A stretch of 64,000 nucleotides of DNA from Candidatus Latescibacterota bacterium. Its GTDB lineage: Bacteria > Latescibacterota > CBDEFO01. Numbering within the stretch: position 1 is the stretch's first letter; every line of letters begins with the position of its first letter. Location of the stretch: positions 1,152,001 to 1,216,000 of the forward strand of contig OZ252149.1 of NCBI GenBank assembly GCA_965248755.1, in the 5' to 3' direction. This document shows, in pieces, positions 28,764-38,638 of the stretch. The notes under the pieces are model-generated. The model did not search any database and was not told the DNA's origin. It saw only the letters and a list, made by a program, of their open reading frames with translations. The position numbers and the translations under genes are program-made.

Positions 28764-29714
28764 ATGGGCGATCCATCCGTCATAGAACTTGAAGACCTCT
28801 ATCACAACTACGGAGAACGAACAGCCCTTTGTGGGATCAGTTTTACGGTAGGGCAAGGTGAGATCTTCGGGCTGCTTGGACCCAACGGAGGCGGTAAGAC
28901 CACTCTGTTCAGGATTCTCTCCACACTCATCTGTCCGACCGAGGGGAGGGTGAATATCTTCGGTTTGGATATTCTTGAAAATCCCGACGCGATAAGGAGG
29001 CGCATCGGCGTCGTTTTTCAAAATCCGAGCCTCGACCGAAAATTAACCGTCACGGAGAACCTGCGTCACCAGGGTCGTCTTTACGGCCTTTACGGGAGCT
29101 ATCTTAAGTCTCGCACGGAGGAAGTCCTCGCGGTTGTAGGACTACCTGACCGTTCTGAGGAGCTTGTGGAAAACCTGTCTGGAGGGCTCTGGCGGCGAGT
29201 CGAATTGGCCAAGGGACTCCTGCACAAACCAGGGCTTCTCATCTTTGATGAACCGTCTACTGGATTGGATCCGGGGGCTCGACGAAATTTTTGGAAGAAC
29301 CTGGAAGAGTTGAGGGATCGACACAGCGTCACCGTCCTTTTGACGACGCATTTTATCGAAGAGGCGGAACGATGCGACCGGATCGGGATCATAGATCAGG
29401 GAAAGCTCGTGGCATTGGATTCTCCCGATTCGCTCAAAGGATTGATCGGAGGGGACATCATCGTCCTTAAAACCCAAGATCCGAAGGATCTTAAAGAAGA
29501 CATTTCTCGCAGATTCGGCGTAGAGTCCACAATATTGAATAGCGCGATACGGATCGAATGCCAGGAAGGGCACCAATTTGTGGCTCAGCTATTTGACACT
29601 TTCAAAGAGAAGATCCAATCAGTAACCCTTGGAAAACCCACCCTTGAGGATGTCTTTATCCAAAAGACAGGACACCGCTTTGAAGTGGATGGAGAGGTTA
29701 CTGCTTTACCATGA
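28764..29714 (+). CDS. ABC-2 type exporter ATP-binding protein (DrrA-like)
   Basis: GPNGGGKTT, LSGG, LIFDEP, LTTH, C-terminal PTLEDVF. Confidence 0.92.
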   Translation: MGDPSVIELEDLYHNYGERTALCGISFTVGQGEIFGLLGPNGGGKTTLFRILSTLICPTEGRVNIFGLDILENPDAIRRRIGVVFQNPSLDRKLTVTENLRHQGRLYGLYGSYLKSRTEEVLAVVGLPDRSEELVENLSGGLWRRVELAKGLLHKPGLLIFDEPSTGLDPGARRNFWKNLEELRDRHSVTVLLTTHFIEEAERCDRIGIIDQGKLVALDSPDSLKGLIGGDIIVLKTQDPKDLKEDISRRFGVESTILNSAIRIECQEGHQFVAQLFDTFKEKIQSVTLGKPTLEDVFIQKTGHRFEVDGEVTALP

Positions 29715-30631
29715 TTACTGAGGATAAGACCCAAATCAAAAGGATAACTTTTCTGCTCCCCATCGCGACGCTGTGGGTGCGTGAGCTTGTCAGGTTTTAT
29801 CGGGATCGAAATCGTATGATCGGTGCTTTCGGACAGCCGGTGCTTTTCTGGATATTTATAGGATCAGGATTCGGCGCTTCCTTCCATTCGTCTTCCTTGC
29901 CAGAAGATGTAACCTACATAGAATACTTCTATCCGGGGACGTTGCTTTTGATCCTCCTCTTCACGGCGATATTTTCCACCATTTCCATCGTGGAAGATCG
30001 TCGGGAGGGATTTCTGCAGTCCGTTCTGGTCTCCCCCATCTCCAGATCAAGTCTCGTCTTGGGGAAGATCTCAGGAGGCGCCACGATGGCGCTCTTTCAG
30101 GGGATCCTTTTTCTGGCATTATCCTTCACTGTGGGGATTTCCACCACCCCGGCAAGCTTCATCTACACTGTGGGGACGATCTTCCTGATCGCCTTCGGGA
30201 TGACGGGTCTTGGGTTTTCCATCGCATGGTGTATGGATTCCACAGCCGGATTTCACGCCATTATGAACCTTTTTCTGATTCCACTGTGGCTCCTTTCCGG
30301 AGCGGTCTTTCCAATCTCTGGAGTTCCCTCTTGGCTTCAGGTTGTGATGTGGTTAAATCCCATAACCTATGGGATGGCCGCCTTGCGGCATTGTCTCTAT
30401 CTTGGACATCCGACGGGAGCCCTTCCTTCACTTTTTTTGTCTTTGACGATTACGATCCTCTTTGCTGTGGCGACCTTTGTTACCTCGCTGATTATGGTGA
30501 AACGTCGCATCACGGGTGGAACGCCCACTGCGAGGAGCCTCAACAAGTCTTTAAAGAAAAACATCAGGCAAATCTTTAAGCCAAAGGGGGATATTCACCA
30601 TGCCACGGATTGCTTGGATCGAGGATGTTGA
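29711..30631 (+). CDS. ABC-2 type exporter permease
   Basis: DRREGFLQSVLVSP.SR, SGAVFP, LNPITY; ATGA overlap with ATPase. Confidence 0.9.
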   Translation: MITEDKTQIKRITFLLPIATLWVRELVRFYRDRNRMIGAFGQPVLFWIFIGSGFGASFHSSSLPEDVTYIEYFYPGTLLLILLFTAIFSTISIVEDRREGFLQSVLVSPISRSSLVLGKISGGATMALFQGILFLALSFTVGISTTPASFIYTVGTIFLIAFGMTGLGFSIAWCMDSTAGFHAIMNLFLIPLWLLSGAVFPISGVPSWLQVVMWLNPITYGMAALRHCLYLGHPTGALPSLFLSLTITILFAVATFVTSLIMVKRRITGGTPTARSLNKSLKKNIRQIFKPKGDIHHATDCLDRGC

Positions 30632-31178
30632 CGCTCGCGGGCAGCTTGCAGAACTCTTCGACGCATCCCGATCAAAGAACGGGCATGTGCCTGACATCTT
30701 ACGCACGATGAGCCTACGTCCTGACTTTTTAGCTGCGATAACGGATGCGGCGCGCCTGCACTTTTCTGATGGAGCACTCACCTGTGCCCAACACGAGATG
30801 ATTGCTTCGTACGTGTCGGCACTGAACCGCTGTCACTATTGACTCAGTAGCCACACGTGGTTCCTGCAGTTGCAGGGAGAAGAATACATCGAGACGGCAA
30901 AGGCGCTGCGCGACGGAGACTTGGACCAAGCGCCCGTAACCCCTGCGGAACGTCTTCTGCTAGAATTTGTTGGCACCTTGACGCGGCATGCGTATCGGAT
31001 TACCGACGAACAAGTTCAGGCCCTTCGTGAAGTGGGATGGACGGACGCGCAGATCGCAGAGGCGGTCTACGATGGGGCGCTCTTCAACCTGTTTGTGCGC
31101 ATCGCCGATGCCTTCGATATCCATCCTCCCGCTGAGATAGAGCCAGATGGCGTTCCGGATGCGGTAACACAGGAGTGA
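30600..31178 (+). CDS. AhpD/carboxymuconolactone decarboxylase-like protein, probable selenoprotein (CxxU, TGA 30840-30842), 192 aa
   Basis: ORFs 30600..30842 and 30870..31178 share a frame and are separated only by TGA plus 9 sense codons: EMIASYVSALNRC-H-Y-U-LSSH. Confidence 0.82.
30843..30878 (+). promoter_or_regulatory. candidate bacterial SECIS element
   Basis: Stem TTCCTGC/GCAGGGA (30861-67/30872-78), loop AGTT with G at 2nd position, 25 nt after the UGA. Confidence 0.55.
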
Positions 31179-31294
31179 AGGTATCGGAGCTATTCTGAGG
31201 TGTCAGTCCCATCAGAGGAGACCAAAATGGAGAACCTTTATCAAATTGTGAAATTTCCACATATCATGGGCTTTGTATTCATGTCCGTTCCGCG

Positions 31295-31954
31295 ATGAAA
31301 AAAGAAAAGCTAATCCGAAATCAGCTCCTGTGGGGCATTCTGGTCCTGGTTCTGGTTGCAGTCGCGGCGATCTGGACCTGGAACAGCTTCGTAGAGTACC
31401 AGAGCAGGCGTCTTAAGCCACTGCCTGTCTACGGCCGCGTTCCGGAGTTTTCTCTGATCGAAAGGAGCGGAAGACCGCTGGGACTGAGCGACTTACAGGG
31501 AAAAATCTGGATTGCTGATTTCATCTTCACAAACTGCCAGGGTACCTGTCCACTGATGTCCTCTCAGATGTCCGCACTGCAGATCTCACTGGACAGGGCG
31601 GACGACGTCCTTTTGGTCTCCTTTAGCGTCGACCCCGAACGGGATACTCCCGAGGTTCTATCGGCGTACGCCGATCACTACCGGGCAAAGCAGGGCCAAT
31701 GGCTCTTTTTAACCGGAGAGAAAGGGGCAATCTACCGCCTCTCCAAGGAAGGATTCCACCTGGGCGTTGGCGACAATTTCGACAGGAATCCGGACGCCCC
31801 GGATATTATGGATTTGCCCATCGTCCACAGCCTCAGATTCGCACTCGTTGACCGACAGGGACAGATTCGGGGATACTACCACAGCACTGACACACAATTG
31901 CATCAGCGAATCTTAACCGACGTGGGAGTCCTGCTGAAGGAGGAGTCCATTTGA
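31295..31954 (+). CDS. SCO family copper chaperone
   Basis: N-terminal TM, FIFTNCQGTCP, SVDPERD, conserved His (VHS). Confidence 0.93.
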   Translation: MKKEKLIRNQLLWGILVLVLVAVAAIWTWNSFVEYQSRRLKPLPVYGRVPEFSLIERSGRPLGLSDLQGKIWIADFIFTNCQGTCPLMSSQMSALQISLDRADDVLLVSFSVDPERDTPEVLSAYADHYRAKQGQWLFLTGEKGAIYRLSKEGFHLGVGDNFDRNPDAPDIMDLPIVHSLRFALVDRQGQIRGYYHSTDTQLHQRILTDVGVLLKEESI

Positions 31955-32367
31955 TCTCCATCTCTGATCTGCCCACAGTCAACGCTACATTAAATGGCGT
32001 CAGCGCCCTCTTGCTTACTACGGGGTATCTGTGCATCCGCCGAAGGATGGTAAAGGCACATAAGGTCTTTATGCTCTCGGCGTTTGCGACCTCTGTGGTA
32101 TTTTTGACTTCCTACCTTTTTTATCACTACCATGTCGGATCAGTGCCCTTTTTAGGACGCGGCTCGATTCGACTCGTTTACTTTACTATTCTCATTTCAC
32201 ACATTGCCCTTGCTGTCCTTATCCTTCCACTGGCCTTAATAACCCTCTACCGAGCATGGAAAGAGCAGTTTGAAAGACACATGAGGATCGCACGAATCTG
32301 CCTTCCCTTATGGATGTACGTCTCGGTCACAGGAGTAATCGTATACTGGATGCTCTATCGGCTTTGA
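31951..32367 (+). CDS. DUF420 membrane protein (oxidase-associated)
   Basis: LPTVNATLN, HKVFM, ILISH, WMYVSVTGVIVY. Confidence 0.9.
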   Translation: MISISDLPTVNATLNGVSALLLTTGYLCIRRRMVKAHKVFMLSAFATSVVFLTSYLFYHYHVGSVPFLGRGSIRLVYFTILISHIALAVLILPLALITLYRAWKEQFERHMRIARICLPLWMYVSVTGVIVYWMLYRL

Positions 32368-32478
32368 GGGCCCTGAAAAAGTTCTTCGTCAGACACGGCA
32401 GCGCGGCCGCTTTGCTGGGGTGGAAACAAGCCACGAAATGGTCCGACCCACCGATACTTTTTGAGGAGAAGACGATAC

Positions 32479-32934
32479 CTAATCGCCGAGGATATCTACG
32501 ATCCTATCCTTATCTCTCCACATTTCCAAATAGCCCTTCGACAGCTTCTTGAGATCGCTGATACCCTTTAACCCCTCCTCTGTATCTTTTATCTGGTCTT
32601 GAAGGAATCGAACTGTCTCTTCTTCAACCTTCCCGTGTTTCTTCATTACATTCTGGATCTGCTCGATCAGGGGTTGGCAGAGTCTCTTGGTGCGTTGCTT
32701 TTCGTTTTCGTCGACGTCCTTCAACTTCCCTTTCAAACTCTCCAAGACACCCTGAATCGCTTCCACTTGAGAGAACAACTTTCCTCTGTACTCGATTCTT
32801 TCTTGCAGAACTTCCAAATTTTGATCTCGGGCCAGATCCTGGATTTCTTCTGTGATCTTATGTGCTCTTGAGGAAATATCCAAAACCTCTTCTAAATTCC
32901 TCTTTATCTCTTCAGATATACTCAATCTCTGCAT
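32479..32934 (-). CDS. helical FliT/FlgN-like protein
   Basis: All-helical/coiled-coil, C-terminal LSKGY...IVD, near fliO; family call tentative. Confidence 0.4.
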   Translation of the reverse strand: MQRLSISEEIKRNLEEVLDISSRAHKITEEIQDLARDQNLEVLQERIEYRGKLFSQVEAIQGVLESLKGKLKDVDENEKQRTKRLCQPLIEQIQNVMKKHGKVEEETVRFLQDQIKDTEEGLKGISDLKKLSKGYLEMWRDKDRIVDILGD

Positions 32935-32974
32935 TTTATCTCACTCTCCAGTGGACATCACTTTCTGTGGTCGT

Positions 32975-33793
32975 TCAAGCTACTTGCGATGTCGGCGATA
33001 GTCGCAAACGGAAGACGAAAAGATCGATGTCTTCGAAAACGGCATCTCCTGTTTTTTGTTCCTGACAGTACTTTTTCAGTCCAATTAGACCTTCTTTGAA
33101 CTCATCATCCCTGATCGCTTGGAGGCTCGATAACCCCCTGAGACTTATCTTCTCAAAGTAGTGGTGAAAGTTATCTGCGAATAGATGATGGACAACAGTA
33201 TGTCCCTTTAGATCGAATCCATGGTCCTGCAAGAAATCCGTTATACCTCTTCTGGATGAGGTACGGGAAAGTTCGATCTGGCGCGCCTTGGGGAAGAACC
33301 CAAGCCAGCGGTAGGTGTCCATACTTTCTCGGGTCGACGTGCGAATACACAGGAATCCTCTCATCCTCAATATTCTCTTGAACTCGCGTATGGCCTCGCT
33401 TCGGTCTTGGATATGGTGATAGACCATCGAAAGAAACACCAGGTCGGCTACTTTATCATCGAGCGGAATGCTTTCGGCTGATCCACGGATAAATCCAACA
33501 TGAGGGGAAGTGAGGGATTGTCTGGCTACCGTCAACATCTTCCGAGAAGGGTCTATTCCGTAGACTATCGCTTTGAAGTGATCGGAAAGGCCCTCCATAA
33601 ATCTGCCGGTGCCGCAACCCAGATCCATAATAGTCTTCGTCAAATCTTGGGGCACATACTTCGAGATCGTTTCGAGCCACAGCGTCAGGGTCTCCTCAGG
33701 GAGTCTTCTGGATTCCTCGTAACATATCTGTACATCTGTTTGATCATAATTGAATTTGACCACTCGAATCTCCGCAGGTGAACTATACCGCAA
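32975..33793 (-). CDS. class I SAM-dependent methyltransferase
   Basis: MDLGCGTG, GIDPS, GSAESIPL, VYHHI. Confidence 0.9.
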   Translation of the reverse strand: MRYSSPAEIRVVKFNYDQTDVQICYEESRRLPEETLTLWLETISKYVPQDLTKTIMDLGCGTGRFMEGLSDHFKAIVYGIDPSRKMLTVARQSLTSPHVGFIRGSAESIPLDDKVADLVFLSMVYHHIQDRSEAIREFKRILRMRGFLCIRTSTRESMDTYRWLGFFPKARQIELSRTSSRRGITDFLQDHGFDLKGHTVVHHLFADNFHHYFEKISLRGLSSLQAIRDDEFKEGLIGLKKYCQEQKTGDAVFEDIDLFVFRLRLSPTSQVA

Positions 33794-33840
33794 CTGGGTC
33801 AGGACTATTCAGTTTTCTCGAAAGAATCGGGAAAGCCCTT

Positions 33841-33967
33841 GAGATTGCTAGGCTGTCCCCGATTAAATCGAGGGTGGCAATGACATTGTTTGACTTGACC
33901 TTCAGTCTTTGCACGGGGTGAAATCCCTACCCCGAAGGAGACGCGAAGCGGAACTAATCTCATGAGC
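33841..33967. repeat. composite repeat, copy 2
   Basis: GAGATTGCT...TGTCCCCGATTAAATCGAGGG..GCAATGAC...ACCCCGAAGGAGACGCGAAGCG...CTCAT (30/39 to 28570-28608). Confidence 0.65.
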
Positions 33968-33975
33968 CCACTTAC

Positions 33976-34431
33976 TTATGTTTTACCTCTTAGGGAGCTG
34001 AGATATTCTGAAAATTTCTTGGGATAGGACCCTTTTCCTTCTTGCGAAACCGAGACGATTTGGCTTATGGTCTCTTCATCTGTGATTTCAGAAAGAGTGG
34101 AAATGGTTTCGTCCGTGACTCCTAAGACGAGTATCCGATCTGCGACCTTGACCAGATAGATAGCCTTCTTAGGTCCCAGGTAAACTGATGATAGGATCCT
34201 TACGAGATCTCCACTTCCTCCGTGTGAACCTTTATAGATGGACTTCTTGAGCAGAAAGATAGTTAAATAGATCAATCCTACGATGATAATTAGGGCAAGG
34301 AACACTTTGGCGATCTGATAGGGCCAGTCCACCTGTGTTGGAGATGTATCGTCTTGGGCGGCCGCCCTGCCAAAAGTGCAAGTTAAGAGCAGAACAAGGA
34401 CAACCGCATACAGCCGTACGACAGATTTCAT
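33976..34431 (-). CDS. fliO: flagellar biosynthesis protein FliO
   Basis: Signal-like N-terminus, TM helix, ILSSVYLGPKKAIYLVKVADRILVLGVT. Confidence 0.8.
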   Translation of the reverse strand: MKSVVRLYAVVLVLLLTCTFGRAAAQDDTSPTQVDWPYQIAKVFLALIIIVGLIYLTIFLLKKSIYKGSHGGSGDLVRILSSVYLGPKKAIYLVKVADRILVLGVTDETISTLSEITDEETISQIVSVSQEGKGSYPKKFSEYLSSLRGKT

Positions 34432-34478
34432 GCTAAAATCACCTTTTCTCCTTTGGTCTTGACACGTCACGCACTCTC

Positions 34479-35798
34479 CTACTCAACCAACGCTTCCGGG
34501 ATAACTGAATCGTCCTGCAGGTCATGACCTGGCCTCAGTCTTTTTTCCAACTCCTCTTTATATTTATCTACCTCTATATTGACCCTGGCGACGCCTGTTT
34601 CCATCGCCGCTTTGGCCACAGCCGGTGCTACCCAAAGAGGAACCCTGTAGTCGAACGGTTTAGGAATTATATAATCTTTCCCGAATCTAAGTTGCTCCAG
34701 GTCGTAGGCCTTCAATACTGAATCTGGCACATCTTCCTTTGCCAGATCTGCAAGGGCGTGCACCGCCGCTATCTTCATCTCTTCGTTGATCGACTTTGCT
34801 CTTACGTCCAGTGCCCCTCTGAAGATAAAGGGAAAGCCGAGCACGTTATTGACCTGATTCGGATAGTCCGACCTCCCTGTAGCCATGATCACGTCATCCC
34901 TTACGCTGATGGCGTCCTCGTAGCTGATCTCAGGGTCGGGGTTTGCAAGCGCAAAGACAATGGGGTTGTGGGCCATCGTCGCCACCATCTCCTTGGAGAC
35001 GACGTCCTTTATGGAAAGCCCGATGAAGACATCGCACCCTTCCATAGCCTCCAATAAGCTCTTCTTGTTGGTTTCGATCGCGAATCTCTCCTTATATTTG
35101 TTCATTCCCCCCTTTCTACCCTTATAGATAACCCCCTTGCTGTCGCACATTATCATGTTTTCCGGCCTTACTCCCATCTTTATGTTCAGATCAGCACAGG
35201 CTATCCCCCCTGCGCCTGCTCCGTTATACACAATCCTCACCTCAGCTATCTTTTTCTCTGCTATTTCGAGGGCGTTCACAAGGGCGACTCCTGTTACTAT
35301 GGCTGTTCCGTGCTGGTCGTCATGGAACACCGGGATGTTTATCCTTTTTCTCAGTTCCTCCTCGATATAGAAGCACTCAGGGGCCTTTATGTCCTCCAGA
35401 TTAACTCCTCCGAAAGTCGGCTCCATGATCTCAACCGTCCTGATAATCTCAGCAGAGTCCTGGGTGTTCAGCTCCAGGTCGAACACATCTATGTCGGCAA
35501 AGCGCTTAAAAAGGACACCTTTGCCTTCCATAACAGGTTTTCCCGCCAAAGCCCCGATATTTCCCAAGCCCAAAACCGCTGTCCCGTTAGTTACCACAGC
35601 TACAAGATTAGCCTTTGCCGTGTACAGATACGATTTACCAGGGTCTTTATGTATCTCTTTGCAAGGCTCGGCGACTCCGGGTGTGTATGCCAAAGACAGG
35701 TGCCTTGGGGTGGTACACGGCTTGGTGCATATTACTTCGATCTTCCCCCTGCGCCCTGAACTGTGGTACTCCAGAGCTTCGCTTGGTCTTATCCCCAT
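34479..35798 (-). CDS. NAD(P)-dependent malic enzyme (MaeB-type, no PTA domain)
   Basis: [52 protein letters not shown]. Confidence 0.93.
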   Translation of the reverse strand: MGIRPSEALEYHSSGRRGKIEVICTKPCTTPRHLSLAYTPGVAEPCKEIHKDPGKSYLYTAKANLVAVVTNGTAVLGLGNIGALAGKPVMEGKGVLFKRFADIDVFDLELNTQDSAEIIRTVEIMEPTFGGVNLEDIKAPECFYIEEELRKRINIPVFHDDQHGTAIVTGVALVNALEIAEKKIAEVRIVYNGAGAGGIACADLNIKMGVRPENMIMCDSKGVIYKGRKGGMNKYKERFAIETNKKSLLEAMEGCDVFIGLSIKDVVSKEMVATMAHNPIVFALANPDPEISYEDAISVRDDVIMATGRSDYPNQVNNVLGFPFIFRGALDVRAKSINEEMKIAAVHALADLAKEDVPDSVLKAYDLEQLRFGKDYIIPKPFDYRVPLWVAPAVAKAAMETGVARVNIEVDKYKEELEKRLRPGHDLQDDSVIPEALVE

Positions 35799-35887
35799 CG
35801 TTCGCCTCCGAATTAACGCTGCAATCTTTGATATGTTTCCACAGCCAGCAGAAAGAGCAGGAAAGAGAGAGAATCTTCAATAGTAGA

Positions 35888-37087
35888 TCAATCCTTATCG
35901 CTCAGTGCAGCAACGCCCGGGAGGAGCTTTCCTTCAAGGAACTCCAAGGACGCTCCTCCACCCGTTGAGATATGAGTCATCCTGTTTTGGACCCCTGCTT
36001 TGGCAAGGGCGGCTGCCGAGTCTCCTCCTCCTACGACAGTTAAAGCTCCTCTATCTGTCGCCTCAGCGACTGCCTCGGCTATCCTGTAAGTCCCGCAGGC
36101 GAACCTTTCCATCTCGAATACTCCCATTGGCCCGTTCCAGAAAACTGTCTTGGCTTTCTTGATCGTTTCTGCAAATTCCTGGACTGTCCTGGGCCCTATG
36201 TCCAGTCCTCTCCATCCTCTTGGGATCTCATCGCTCTCCACGACCTTAGTTTGTGCATCCTCGGAGAGGCCATCGGCTATCAGGCAGTCTGAGGGGAGTA
36301 GGAGTTTAACTTTCTGCTTTTTGGCCCTGTTCAATATCTCGACCGACAAATTGACTTTGTCCTCTTCGATCAGAGAGTCACCTGTTTGGAGACGCTGTGC
36401 TCTGAAGAACGTAAAGGCCATTCCTCCACCTAAAAGGAGAGAATCGACTCTCTTCAACAGATTTTCGATGACATCTATCTTACCTGAGATCTTCGCTCCG
36501 CCTAGGACTGCTACGAAGGGTCTTTGGGGGGAAATCAAAATCCTGCTTAGATGATCTATCTCCTCTGCCATCAGGTAGCCTGCCGCCCTTTGTGAGAAGA
36601 ACTTTGTCACGCCTTGTGTCGATGCGTGCGCCCTGTGCGCTGTACCGAAGGCGTCATTTACATAGAGATCTCCCAACTTGGAAAGCTTCTCTGAAAATTT
36701 TGGATCGTTGGCCTCTTCTTGGGGATGGAAGCGTAGGTTTTCCAAAAGTGCGCACTCTCCATTTTTCAAAGAGTTCAGTTTCTCCTCTGTCTCCGGTGCA
36801 AGGCAGTCTAAAGGGTAAACCACAGGCATTCCCAAAAGCTTCTCCAATTTCACGACGACAGGAGCCATCTTGAGCTTGTCAACTATTTTTCCACTGGGTC
36901 TGCCCAGATGAGACATCAACACAGCCTTTCCACCATCCCTTAGTATTTCCCTTATAGTAGGCAGGGTCTCCACTATCCTCGTATCGTCCGCCACATGCCC
37001 GTCCTGATCTAAAGGCACGTTGAAATCCACTCTTACGAGGACTCGCTTTCCTCTGAGATCCAGATCATCCAGCAAAAGTTTCTTCAT
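35888..37087 (-). CDS. pgk: phosphoglycerate kinase
   Basis: RVDFNVP, SHLGRP, LLENLRF, DAFGTAHRAHAS, GGGDS, STGGGASLE. Confidence 0.97.
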   Translation of the reverse strand: MKKLLLDDLDLRGKRVLVRVDFNVPLDQDGHVADDTRIVETLPTIREILRDGGKAVLMSHLGRPSGKIVDKLKMAPVVVKLEKLLGMPVVYPLDCLAPETEEKLNSLKNGECALLENLRFHPQEEANDPKFSEKLSKLGDLYVNDAFGTAHRAHASTQGVTKFFSQRAAGYLMAEEIDHLSRILISPQRPFVAVLGGAKISGKIDVIENLLKRVDSLLLGGGMAFTFFRAQRLQTGDSLIEEDKVNLSVEILNRAKKQKVKLLLPSDCLIADGLSEDAQTKVVESDEIPRGWRGLDIGPRTVQEFAETIKKAKTVFWNGPMGVFEMERFACGTYRIAEAVAEATDRGALTVVGGGDSAAALAKAGVQNRMTHISTGGGASLEFLEGKLLPGVAALSDKD

Positions 37088-37159
37088 CGGTTTTTGACCT
37101 CCCAAGGAACCTCTTCCACAAGAATCAGTAGACAGCATGGGATGGGAGATAGTCTAACA

Positions 37160-37257
37160 GAGATTGCTTCCGCGATTGAATCTATAGGGGATCACTTGCA
37201 ATGATGGTTTAGGTTTAGGGGGAGGATGTGCCCTGTCTACTACCTACTGTCTACTTA
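37160..37257. repeat. composite REP-like element with core at 37170-37190 and heptamer tail
   Basis: GAGATTGCTTC-CGCGATTGAATCTATAGGGG-..GCAATGA...GGGGGAGG..GTGCCCTGTCTACTACCTACTGTCTAC. Confidence 0.7.
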
Positions 37258-37260
37258 TGA

Positions 37261-38517
37261 TCAGGGATATATTCCCCTCACCCTGACTGCTTCTGCGACC
37301 CTGTCCACCGCCAGAAAATACGCGGCTGTGCGCATATCCACGTCCTCTTTCTGATGAGTCTTAAAGACCTCTTCAAAACTCCCGCATATAATGTTTTGAA
37401 GCCTCGAATTGACCTCTTTCTCGCTCCAGAAGAACTCCTGGAGGTCCTGAACCCATTCAAAATACGAGACTGTAACACCGCCTGCGTTGGCAAGGATGTC
37501 GGGGATTACGAAGATATCCCTGTCGTAGAGGATATTGTCCGCATCCGGTGTTGTTGGCCCGTTTGCCCCTTCTGCCACTATTTTGGCTTTTATCCTGGGC
37601 GCGTTCGATTCTGTGATCTGATTTCCCAAAGCGGCGGGTATAAGGATGTCGCACTCCACTTCCAAAAGCTCCTGGTTGGTAACCTTATCGCCGTTGGAGT
37701 ACTCTAAGACCGATGCTCCGTTATTTCTAAACTCAATCAAATCATTTGGATCAAATCCTTTGGTATTGTAAATGCCTCCTTTCGAATCGCTTGCCCCTAT
37801 AATCTTATACCCGAAGCTGTGTAGTATCTTAACCGCCGCAGATCCTACGTTTCCTAATCCCTGTACTACTACCCTCGTGCTCTCAATATCCATCCCCAGA
37901 TGCTTCATGGCGTTGTCAATGACCAGTGCGCATCCTCTCCCTGTGGCTTCTTCTCTGCCTTGCGACCCTCCGATCGATAGGGGCTTGCCGGTGACCACAG
38001 CCGGAACAGTGTGTCCCACGTTCATGCTGTAGGTGTCCATTATCCAGCTCATAGTCTGGGAGTTCGTATAGACATCGGGAGCGGGGATGTCCTTATCTGG
38101 CCCCAGGATGAGAGTCAACTCCGAAGCGAACCTCCTGGTCATCCGCTCAAGTTCTCCAGTGGACATCCCCTTAGGATCGCACGTCACTCCCCCTTTTGCA
38201 CCTCCGAAGGGGATATTCACCAAAGCGCACTTCCACGTCATCCACATAGCCAAAGCCTTCACCTCGTCCAAGTTCGCGTCCGGATGATACCTTATGCCGC
38301 CTTTGGATGGCCCTCTTGTTGTGCTGTGCTGCACTCTGTAACCCATAAAGACCTTGATACTTCCGTCGTCCATTTTTGTGGGCACAGAGACTATCAGTAT
38401 CCTTTCAGGATGCCTTAATTTCTCGTGTATGCCCTGATCTAAATTCAGCCTTTCGGCCGCATCATCCAACTGCCGCAAGGCGCTCTCCCAGGGGTTGGCT
38501 TCATTTTCTTTTTCCAT
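37261..38517 (-). CDS. gdhA: Glu/Leu/Phe/Val dehydrogenase (glutamate dehydrogenase)
   Basis: GPSKGGIRYH, MTWKC, GGAKGG, DIPAPD, GLGNVG, EGANGP, NAGGVTVSYFEW. Confidence 0.93.
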   Translation of the reverse strand: MEKENEANPWESALRQLDDAAERLNLDQGIHEKLRHPERILIVSVPTKMDDGSIKVFMGYRVQHSTTRGPSKGGIRYHPDANLDEVKALAMWMTWKCALVNIPFGGAKGGVTCDPKGMSTGELERMTRRFASELTLILGPDKDIPAPDVYTNSQTMSWIMDTYSMNVGHTVPAVVTGKPLSIGGSQGREEATGRGCALVIDNAMKHLGMDIESTRVVVQGLGNVGSAAVKILHSFGYKIIGASDSKGGIYNTKGFDPNDLIEFRNNGASVLEYSNGDKVTNQELLEVECDILIPAALGNQITESNAPRIKAKIVAEGANGPTTPDADNILYDRDIFVIPDILANAGGVTVSYFEWVQDLQEFFWSEKEVNSRLQNIICGSFEEVFKTHQKEDVDMRTAAYFLAVDRVAEAVRVRGIYP

Positions 38518-38638
38518 TTTGACCTCTTACATTAGGAACAATGACAATAATCTTTACATCTATCCCGCTGATTAATGTTTAATTCATTTTATCGGTTTTG
38601 TCAAGTAAGATTCTTTTTTTGTGCTTGAGTAAGAAGCT

